From Thalia democratica (taxonomy: Eukaryota), in assembly GCA_965202585.1 (NCBI GenBank), contig OZ241827.1:72416001-72480000 (forward strand): a DNA stretch of 64,000 nt, given 5' to 3'. Below, one piece after another: positions 12,001 through 24,000 of this stretch. Within the stretch, counting starts at the first letter, position 1, and each line of letters opens with the position of its first letter. Both the position numbers and the translations under genes were made by a program. The notes under the pieces are model-generated. The model made no database searches. It saw only the letters and a program-made list of their open reading frames with translations, and was not told the origin of the DNA.

Positions 12001-15000
12001 AACAAAAGTATTGCCTATCACCGTTAACAGCACACCACGTTCTAAATAAATTGTTGCACGACTTTTTAAACTCGATTAATTAAAATATTTATGATTTATA
12101 TAAAGATTAATTTAAATAGCAACATGCAGTATATACCAGAGAAATAAGTTAGTATAATGAAGAATTATTAAATTGAACGTTACATTATAAATGCTTTTAA
12201 TTTATTGCTATATATTTTATTAGATGCTTGTAAAATCAAAAAGTTAATATCTGCAAACTAAAATTAGACTAGACTTTTGTTTTATAGACGAAAAAACGAG
12301 TATTTTTAGATCAAAAATAAAGGTAAAAAAACACAAAAAGTGCAAAAATAATAGTTTCAAACTGGCTTCATCAAAGGTTTATGATGTTTTATTTACTAAC
12401 TTTAATGCGAAGTTAAAAACGCAATCACTCAGAGTATGAAGGGGTTTTTTTATAAAACAAAAAACTTACGTAAATATTCATTTACACAAAAATATTATAA
12501 ACACCTAACAAAAAATTAATATTCAAAGCGTTCAAATAGGTTAATAGTTATTCTCAGCTGGTTAGTTCACCGAATGTTGGCTACCGAGTTAAAACTATGA
12601 GAAACTCTCAGAACAAGCTGCCACTCTACGATTAAAATGAGTTCGATCTCGGCAGCCAAATTAGAAAAAAGCCAAAACGTCCCGCTCAATCACCTTCGCA
12701 GGTCCTCCTGTTGCCCTGGACCTTCTCGAAGTAGCCCTGGTCGCACTCGCAGCTGTAGCCCGATCCCTCAGGGACGCACTGTCCCGGGCCGCATATGTCG
12801 GGGATGGAGCAGGCGTCCTTGAACTCGTGGATGCCGCTCGCTTTAAATTTAATCGAATGAAACGTTTGTGTAAAGAAGTGTGTCTAGGATCAACTTCTTG
12901 TTGCGCATTTCCAGTAATTTGTTTATTATATTGTAACTTGTTTTAAATTGAACAATTTAAAGTTCTCGACTAAATACGACAACTGAGGATCTCCTATATG
13001 CAAGTATACGAGTGAAACATTGTTTTGTTAGTAATAAACTGTTGAAATAAATATTGGGTAATTTGTTTATTTAAGGAATAGGTTTGGTTATAAGGTAAGC
13101 AAAAAAAAAAGACAGTATTGAAGGCATCTCGCTACAAAAACTTCAAAATAGTACAAAAATCAGTTTATATTTAAAAATCACTACCAACCCTCGCATCTGG
13201 TGGTGTACTGGTCGGTGACCTGGGTGAACCCTTGCGGGCACTCGCAATGGTACTCGCTATCGCCGTCGGGGACGCAGGTTCCGATGTCCCCGCAGATTCC
13301 CTTCACCTCGCACGGTTTCTGCACCGACGGTATCCTGCCTTCGTTTCTGTAGTCTGTGGAGAAGAAAGTAGTTTAATTCTTTATTTACTTTAGTTTTAAA
13401 ATTTTCAAAAGTTTTATTTTTTTTGGTAATTTTTTGTAAAGCGATTATATGAAACATATTTTTTCTTCTTTAGTATTTAATAACTTAAGTACACTTTCAT
13501 GACACCATAAAAAAGTTCTTAGATACATTCGGCTAAAATGCTTCTTTGAGAGCTAAAGTTAGAAAACCGTTTTCTTCGAATTAAAGTAAGTTCAGTGAAT
13601 ATACTTCAACCTTCTCGTTTATATGTACTGACCTCTACAAGTTGGTTTTCTCTGCCTGTTGAGGGTCTCTCTGAAGCCACTGGGGCAGTTGCACTGGTAT
13701 TCCCCGTTTCCGTTGTCGATGCAGGAACCCGCTCCGCAATCGTGATCAGTGCACGCGTCAGTGTTCTCGTTGTACTCTGTTGATTTATAAATTGCAATGA
13801 GTTTTCATATATCATGTCGAACAGTATGCATAGCTGGTTGGATGTGTTTATTAGAGTAAATGATCAACAAAAATATATCTAATTTATTTAAGCTTAATTT
13901 TTCGTACGACTAAATGAACTTAGTAAAGTTAGTTTTTATATGTTGTAACTAAATTTTTTACTTGGCCATGTAAAATGTATACATGAACAAAGTTAAGTAA
14001 ATATTTATTTTAGCCCATTTATCAATTTTTAAATTAATAATATTTATGAATTATTTTTTGAGAAAAAATTGAAAAGAAGTAACAAAAAAACAAAAATATC
14101 ATTTGTTTAAAAAAAGCTTCTTAATGAATTCATAGTACCTAAAAAATGTTTACCAAATAAGAAAATAAGTAAGACTTTTAAAAAAATTTAAAGAGCTTGT
14201 TTTTAGTTGAACTCAAGCTAAGTTATGTTTTAGTCTTTATACAAACCTTTTAATCGGTGTGTTAGTTAGAAATTATGTACAGGTACTATGTTTAAATAAA
14301 ACATTACTTTTCTGTAATTCATGTAAAACATGCGAAGTATTTTAAACATGTTAGTATAAACACAATTAAAAGTAAATGTATTAATCGTTATACTATACTT
14401 GTAGTAAGCATGTAATACAGGAATAGTTTCCTGCTTAGAAATATGAATTTCTTTCAGATGCTGTTCATGTACAACTAACAATGTATGTAAGTTATGTTTT
14501 GACAAGGTATCGGCATGCTTAATTAAAATCTCATTGTAACACAAACTCACAATAACAACTTAAACATACTCAAACATGTCTTATTTTAAAAAGCTTTTTA
14601 AAACATCAAAGTAATTATGTTTTTCAACATAATTGTCTGAAATATCTCAAGTAGTTTTTTTTAGCTTCACTCAATCCAAGCGTCTTTCAGCACCAAAAAT
14701 ATTTTTGATTAATTATCTTTTAATTGTGGTTTCCAATCTAATTTGATAATTTCTTTATACGATTTATCACTTGACAAGCTACTGTTTATTTTCAGACCTC
14801 AAGACTTTTATTACTTTAATTCCAGAAAATTTTAGTCGATTTTAAAATTTTCTGCTTTAGTTTTAAGCAAATAATGGATGTTCTATTCAAGCAAATTATT
14901 TTGATCTTTTTTTATTCTTAGAAGATAACTTTCAACCAATGTTGAAAATTTTATTTTTTTCAAGCCATTATCATTTCAAAGCTTTTTTCAAGAACTCTTC

Positions 15001-18000
15001 CATTTTTAACAACAATACATTTTTCGCATCCAATTCTTTTTCTCATACATACCATCCACGCAAGTCATTTTTCCTTCTTTGTCAGACACTTGTGTGTACC
15101 CCCTGGGACACTCACACCTGAATCTCCACTTGTAGCTGTTGTCCACCACACAGGTTCCCATATAGCAGTCGCTCATTGAGCATGGGTCGCTTTGTCGCTC
15201 CGCTATAATTATTGACTTTTGATGTACCACCGTTGGTTTTGACAGTTACTAAGTAACAAGAAACTTGTGTACTAAAAGAAAAAGTAGTTTTATAACTAGC
15301 TTTTGTTAGACTCGGGGATTTAAAAATAAACAAGATGCCAATAAGTAAGACTTTATATTGGAAGGATGATTTTTTACCGCTTAATAATTCCTTACGTCTG
15401 CAAGAAGCCCTCAGATTGGGTTCAACAAATTCCGTGTACCCTTCAAAACACTCGCAACTGTAAGTGTCCCTCTCAAAGTTGGGTACGCACTTTCCTCCAT
15501 CTCCGCACATGTTGTTCTCGCAAGGCGTTCTTTCGTAGTCGTATTCAATGACGTCATTAGTCCTTGCGTCATCGGTTTCTTCGGTGACAACTGCATCCGA
15601 TGGTGTAATGTATCAAGGTTATTTTTATTTTCAGCTACTAGTTTTATAGTGAACATCATAAATTTCGACTATGTATATGTGCTCGATTTTTTTTGCTAAA
15701 AGCTTTTATTTTTCCTATTCGCAATATACAACCAATGTAAGCAAGTATTAAAATACTCTACGACTAGATTATTTTTCTTTAATAATCATATAAAGTTTAT
15801 TCATACATGCATCCTAAATAGAAAACTCTTATTAAAGAAACAAAAGGTAGAAAACATAAAAATCTATTTATATGTAAAATATTAAAAAATTAACCTACAA
15901 ATAAGACTTCGTTAACTTAAACTACCACAAGTTATTTTTTCAAACACTAATCAGTACATTTTATCTTTTTGCACATATATAAAAATAATGTTCTTACGAA
16001 GGTTGCAGCTTCCGTATCCGTTTTGGTTTCTGGCCTCGTAACCGGCTGGGCAGATGCAGTAGAAAGTGGTTGTCCTGGACACGCAGGTTCCGGGTCCGCA
16101 GGGGTTCACTTCGCACGGGTCGATGGTAACCTCGATTGTTTCGGTGGGTGAAACTGTGATGAAAAAAAGTAAATAGTACATATACTTAACAAAGTAGTTT
16201 ATAATCATACCGCACACTCGACATTAAATAAAACATAGAAAAATAAGTTCCTTTAATTAGTAGCCCTACAGTAAACCGAAAAACAACTTAATTTAATTAC
16301 TCGTAGCATTGTAAAAACTGCTAAAATAATAAATTTTAATTTTCATTTATGTTACTTTGAATTTTTAGCGTTTCCACAAACTTACAATAATTACAAAAAT
16401 ATAACCAACCTTCAGTTTCCTGGCAGTCGAAACCCCCTGAGATCTGAACCTCTCTGAAACCCGGCGGGCACCTGCACCTGAACCTGTCGCCGTAGTCCAC
16501 GCACTCACCCTCGCTGCACCTGGGCTGCTGGTCGCAGATGCCGACCCTGGACGGCTGGTCGGGAATGTAGGCGACCTCAGAGTCCGACACTGGAGAAAGG
16601 AGTGTTGGTTGTTACTTTTGATTTAATTTACTTATAATTAATGTTGAATATATGAGCGTTGTATGGTTTATATTTTTTCAAATTTGAAGATATAAGTTTA
16701 ACTGATAGTCAAGCTTCTCCTTATTTAACTGGACGGTTGGTCGGGAATGTAGGCGACCTCAGAGTCCGATACTGGAGAGCAAATGTGTTAATAAGTAAAC
16801 TGTTCATGAAATATTTTAACCTTTTCATACAAAATAAGATTTCACAGAGTTTTCTATGCAGTTAAACATTTTATAGCTTACTGAGTAACACTTATTGTCA
16901 GCATAATTTGATCTGAACCTTTTGTTTACATCCATTAAGTTTAGGCTTTAAAATTTAAGTTAAAAAAGCATCTACCTTCAACTTTGGCGTCTTGTGCCCA
17001 TCTGACATTCGAAGAGTCGGACTGAACGAAGAAGTTTGACATTCTCAATCTCAACTTGCTTGGGACCTATTTGAAAACAGTGTTTTATTATATTTTGTTA
17101 ACAACGTACTTGGTTAAGAATACTAGTTATTTTCTACTTTTAGGTTTAAAACATAATTTGTGTAGACTTTTTTAGGTAATTTTTGTATTTAAATTTAAAA
17201 AAATTGTGTGACTAACATTGTTGCGAGATTCGGCACACTCGTTGAAGATGATTTCATCAGTGACGTCATAAACGTATTCTTTTCCGTCAACAGTGAAAGT
17301 GTTTTGTCCGCTCATCCTGATACGCCCTGAAAACATTTAAAGTAAAAAAAAAATTATTATTATTACATTACATAACTTTCTTTAAAACTATTTACATGTA
17401 ACACGTTATTTTATTGTATTTATATAAAACTATGTCAATTAAAAAAAAAAGTTAAAATTATTTAAACAAAATAGTGTATGTTTAAAATTTAATAAGGTAT
17501 ACACCAGATCCTTTTTACTCAAATTATTATTATCATTTTAAGCAAAAGTATAACATAAACCTGAACTTATATCAACCAAAAGTCATTTATTAAGAATAAA
17601 ACTTAAAATTTTGATAGCAAAGAAGTACTTTAAGTATTCGTTTATAAGTTTGCTAAATAAATCGATGGAAATTATTTTGTTATCTTAATGTTTTTATCCA
17701 ATGTTCATGATACAATACACTACACATAAAAACAAACCGGATCCCTCTCTCATGTAAACGATCTCGGTATCCTGAATCTCCACCCTCTGATCCTTGGTGA
17801 TCCTGGGCAGGGTACCCACGAAGGTACCCGATCCGTCCACGACCATCTCGCCGTTCCTGAAGTAGGCGCCGGTGAACCTCTGTGAAAGATCGAACCTGTA
17901 ACCTCCTTCGGTGAACTTCATCCTCAAAGACCTCTGGAACTTGCCGCCTGGGATGTTGTAAAAGTTAAGGTTAGTTACCTGTTTGAGATTAGTTTGAAAT

Positions 18001-21000
18001 GTATCATGCTTATGAGTAATGTTTATTTTGTAGGTTTTGTTAATGTGCACATATGTATTAATTAGATTGCTTGAAACCTATGTATTACAGTTTTCTTGCT
18101 TTTAGATTATCCGTTTTATCTAAGATGAGAGTTTAAGAAAAGAATTTTACAAAAATTTTTATGAAACTATAATTTAAACAGAATCACCAAACGTTATAAA
18201 ACTAAAGTCAAGAATGTAATTTAACACTTGCTATCTATACACAAGTTATACAAATAAAAACAAACCAGTGTAATCGAACCCGTTGATGGCGGGCTTCTCC
18301 GCATCAGCGAACATCCAGGCTGAGATCTGCCCGATGGGGTACAAGGCCCTCAGCACGGCCCCCAGATCCTCGGGTACGGGGGACAGGGCCGAGTGGGCCC
18401 GTCCCTGGTCCACGATGCTGAACCCCTGGAAGTCGGACTTGACGTGGAACCTCTCGTTTTCCATCGTCTCCATGGATCTCACGTCCACCGTTCCGGTGAT
18501 GCTCCCGTTGATCATCAGGTTCTGGTCTGGAAAATTAGTTTGTTTTATATAAATATTAATAAATAAAATTATTTTATAAGAAAGTAGTAATTTGTTTTAT
18601 TCTTATTTTCAATTTTGATTAAATTTATTTATATTGTATTTCTTTTAATCTTTTTTAGATCGCTCATTTTTATTGTGCTCCCTTGATCATAAGTTAATAG
18701 TCTGGAAGTAAACAAAAATAAAATAATTCTAACTTTAAAGCAAATTACTTGTGTTTTCTATTTTCATATAAAGTGAGAATTTGTTGTTATAAAGTTAGAT
18801 TTCTTATAAGTTACTTGTCATATTTCAGTTGACTGTTACAATTTAATTAAAATCAAACAACGTTGTTTTTAAATATTTTAATTATTTTTTGTTATTGCAA
18901 TAGCTTTAGTTGATTAAATTAATATTGCTTTGTGCAAGACACCTGTGTCTTTAATTGTCATATAAAAGTATAACTTATTAATCAAAAGTTTATAATAAAT
19001 TGCGATTTTGTTTATTAAAAGTAAATTTTCTGAACTTATTTGACTTAAATTCAAACATCATGTCATGTTAGTTAGTTTGATATTGTAAAAAGTTATAAAA
19101 ACATCTTTGTTCTGTTTGCAAATCTTTTTTATACAATTGTTTACTAATTGATTTATGACGAAAAGTGTAGTAAAATTTATTCTTCATATAAATTTTGTAT
19201 TAAATTATTTATAACACACTGTAAATAAAAAAAAAAGGTTCTTATGTAGTAAAACCGCGAAAAAAATTACAAACATATTCTACATTTTTCTCAGTAATAA
19301 AAAATACTTAAAATAAATTTTATAAAACGAAAATCATTACTCATTTGGAAACAAATGTAAGTTTTAAATTGCAATTACTAAAAGTTCAAAATTTAGAATT
19401 TTAACACATCAAACGATACTTTATACACGAAGTTATATAACTTAGGAATTTTTAAATTGCTCGTTAGCGTATTTTTTGTCTAGACGGAAAGATATCCAAA
19501 TCTCCGAGTAATATCTAAATCTTTGAAAAGTCCTAATGTTCGGAAAAGCTTTGAACTTTACAAAAAGAGATCAGGAAATTACAATCTAAGACATGCAATT
19601 ACTAAATCGTTTCACATCAAAAAATAGACAGAAAGATCTACAACGAACGGAAACATTAATTATGCATAAAAACGGAAATTTTAGGTTAAAGTAAATTTTC
19701 TTTTACAATGAAAGCAAATCAATTAAAATGTTTAAGAGGAAGCAGATGTAATTGAGTAATGTGTTTGCAGAAGATAGCCTATCGCGTTGTGCAAATTAAA
19801 CTTTGGTCAAAGAAGTCTCTAATGTAAAGACAAACATTGCTCAATAGCGAATACTGCATTGTGGATAAAATTACAGCAGAGATAATAACAATTGAGCAAT
19901 TTTTTTAAATTGTAATAAAAAAACAGAATTTGTAAGTCTTAACGAAAATGTTTTTATTAAACATTAAAGTTTTAAAATCAAAACTTAAAACAAGTATAAT
20001 TCTTTTATACAAATATCTCAATTTTTTAAAAATATTATATATACCTTGAATGTTATAGATTGCTTCGTTAGTTTGTTTTATTACATTAAAAGTAGACATA
20101 CTGCAGTTAAGTCCGAACTTTTGTGTTATAAAGTAAATAATATATCCATTTCGATCGTAATTAGTAGTGATGTTTTTTTATGAAAACAAAATTATTCAAA
20201 AGAAGATACTACTTCAAATTAGATCAAAAATACAGTATTGATCAAAAATAGTTTTACAATAAAACTAAATAAAGCCATAATCAAATTTGTAAATCATCGT
20301 TATGTCTATGCGATATATAAAGTTAGTCACTGAAATCCGTATTTATTTTAACATTAAGGGAAAACATAACTTTGTCAATGTAGCTTACAATAAAACTTTA
20401 TTTCTTGTATTAAAAATTTAAACACATCTTACTGATATCAGCACAAAATGATAAAGAAAGTATTTATTAAGACATTCTTACCTTTATCAGCGCAAATTCT
20501 TCCGTTTCCAACAAATCCTTCTACGCATTGACAGCAGTAACCGTATCTGAAAGAGTATTACATAAATACAAGTGTTCAATTTATTTTGATTGTTTTAAAA
20601 AATAACTATTTTGTTCTTGTGTTATTATTTTAATTGTTTCATAAAGTTACCGTGCCTGAGAAAAAAAATCAAAGTGTCACATTTAATTACTTTTATTATT
20701 ATAAAATATCATATCATCACTTTGAAATTTTTTGTAAAGTAGAAACAAAGAATTTAAATTATCGTAATTTGATCATTTTACAAAACACCTTGTCTGATTA
20801 TTTGGGTCTTTTTAATCAATCAACTATAACTAGAATAATCAAACGTTTTCAAACAGTTTACAAAAAAAAAACACACTTTAGGTTTATTCAACAAACTTAT
20901 TGTTTTATTTTAACTAACGCCATTAAACAAAAGCATCACCCTAAATTTTTAATAAAAAAAACAAACTTGTGGTTGACGCATACAGAGTTGTTGACGTTGC

Positions 21001-24000
21001 AAGCGTTGTTTACGTCACGTGCACAAAAATTCCCCTGCTTGTCTTCTACGTAATCGCTGTCGTCATCATCAGACACTGATGAGAAATAGATGGTTTCAAT
21101 TAAGTATTATTAAGTTCGTTTTAGCGTCAATACTGAAAGTTTAACTTAAAATACTGGTGAAGAATGTTTTTTCTGAATTGTAATTGTTGTATTTATCATA
21201 ATTGTTCTTAATTTTTAAGAAGTTTATTTTATCACTTAAATTAATAATTACGTGATTGTTCTTGTCATTTAGAATACTAGAAATTATTAAAATTGTGTAA
21301 AAGATTAAAAAATGTTTGTTGAGAATCCAAAAATAAACGTTTGATTATTAATAGCTTTTTGAACACTTCTAAAGTTTATAAAGTAATCTTTTTAAAGAAA
21401 ACTCAATTCAGTTTTTTAACAATCTCGATATTGTTATAATGTAATGAAAAATTTATTTTTAGTGGTCAAATAATCCTACAGGCGTTATCAACACAGAGCT
21501 AATGTAAGAGCAACCATAAAACGACATTATCAACGTGCTTCTTTCATTGCATGCCAGTTTAAATTTGCTGCTTTGAAACACTATCACATGAAAATCTGGT
21601 TTGCCACACACAAACGTAAAATGATTGACGTTTCAGATAAGTCTTTTGGTGTATATCAAAATCTCAAGTACCCCTTTAATAGCTTTGTTGTGATTCATTT
21701 TGCGTTATTTATAGTTTATAGTTATTATAAGTTTTTAAATAATTTACTGTTTTTTGAAACTTTTTTATTAGTAAATGTGTTTTTGTGGTTAAACTTTAAA
21801 TAAACTATTCAAAATGCTTTAGTAACAAACTAAACTTTAATTTAACTTTATCCAAAAACAGAACTGATTTTAAAAGTTTTCTTTTATCTAGCATTTATTT
21901 ATTGATATAACAAAGCTTTGAAGTCTATTTTATTAAATCAAATATTTGCCAAATAAAAGAAAAAATGCTGTGTACTCAACCAAAGTTTGAACCGCAATTT
22001 AAATAGTTTTGTTTGTTTTCGCTTATTATTTGCAGTCGGCAATTCGCATAACAAATGTAAACTTTACCTTATGACGTGCATGATTTGATTAACAAACATT
22101 TCAGTTTAATTGTCTGCATTTCAAAACGGTTATTTCGATTTGTTTGGTTGTACTATAAATTTGTTATCAGTTACATTTAATTTTACGGTGATTTAATCAA
22201 ACTTTTTTTTAGTTATCTACCATAAATATTTATGAGAAAATCAATTAACCTAATGAAATTACGAAAAAACAATTTGTGGGAACTTAGTACAAATGTGTTT
22301 TTTTATTGGTGTTATCTTCCTTGTCTTATCAGAAAATTTAAACTATATTTAAAATTGAAGCTTAACTTTTAATTTGTTTGCAATTAAAGTTTAATTTTAG
22401 TAACATTGCGGCTGTTATCTTGAATAAAGAACTAAAGGTTGTGTATTTCTGTAATATTTTATTTCAGTTTGCTATATATAGATGGTTTTATATTTTACAT
22501 TTTTTAAGCAGTTAAAGATTTAATATGTTAGTTAAAAGAAATGCTGTTTAGATTTGAAACTAGTACACGTAGTTGTAAAATGATAATTAAAAAATATTTA
22601 ATAAGGATAAAATTATAACAAAAAGAAAATGTTAAAGCAGTAGTAACTTAAAATATAATTCTGTATAGTTTACTTAGCATGTAAATATGTAAATTACCTT
22701 GAAATTTGTTAAAAAATACATAAACGTATGTGTTAAATATTTATCCAAATAAAAAAATATTCAAAATAAAATTGAAATTTATAAATATATACTACATATA
22801 GTACTCATAAATTAATAAATTAATACATTGCATATTTATTAAATGTTAATTGATACCCCTAGTCTACAGACTAAGACTGATACTTTTGGTAAGCTAAAAT
22901 GAAATGCTTGAGAAAAATTACACCAGAACTAACATGAAAAATTATCTAAAAAAATTTTACTCACAGTCAACTTCTTGAACGTTGACGAGAGCGTCCCTTC
23001 TGACCAGCCTCCTTTTTTCTGGGTCGACCACGTCGTTGCTGACCCCCTGGCCCCCAATTTGGAAGATCCACTCACCCCTTCGTCTCGTGTTGTCATAACT
23101 ACAAAAAAAGAGTTATAAGTTCAAAAAAAGGTAAACAACTAAGTAAACTAAAAGTTTAATAAGGGATTAATTGCGATTCGTCTTCGAGGTTAAAACTTCA
23201 AATCAAAACAAGTTGACTTGATTTTATCTGCTTTTTATTAACAATTTCGAGAGCAGCTTATCATTAATCTTATCTCGGTTTTTATCAGCAAAAAAAAAAC
23301 GCTGAAAAGTTTTCAGAAAGCAAATAACGTTTTCAACTTTTAGCAGTTTTTAGCAAAAATTAAATATTTCACATGTTTGCCGATTGCGTTAAGCCGCTGC
23401 GCAAACAAAAAGGTGCTTGATATTGTGACGTAACAAAAGACTCGATATTATGACGTCACAATTAAACTCACTCGGCTAAGCTTTCTGTGGGGTACATCTC
23501 CATGAACTTTTCACCGTCCATATTAAATCCGGCCCTGTGTGAAATAATAAATGATATATATTCTGTTTAACATTAGCAAGTTTAAAAATAAAACTTTTGA
23601 ATTCTACAGTAATATAATTGAAAATATAGTTACTCCTAAAACATTTAAAAATGAGTATATTTAGTCAAAAAAGCAACTTATATTGTAAAAAAATTAGTTT
23701 ACAGCCGCTTTTTAATGTTACTAAATAAAAGTTACTTTTTAACTTTTAGCAAATGTTTATAAGAATATACCGAGATTTCAATAAAAATAACTATACTACT
23801 AGATTTGTTTAGTAATTAAGTTCAAACTGCCATGAAAATAACGAATAACTTTTGCAAACCAAAACATTTAACAATTTTTAAAAACAATTAGATCTAAAAA
23901 AAATAATAATCAAATACTTTTTACGGATACATGGAACACATGTATATAAGTTTAAAAAATCACACCAACTTTGCCTGAAACATGTTGGTCCTTGGCACCA

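Noticed and set aside
3777-18552. Many 60-120-aa plus-strand or off-frame ORFs over GC-rich patches (e.g. 3812, 5994, 7924, 12637, 18283)
   Set aside because: They coincide with nidogen exons; high GC3 suppresses stops in other frames.
19440-19880. Purine-rich, coding-looking stretch in intron 7
   Set aside because: All frames have stops and I recognise no transposase or RT motif.
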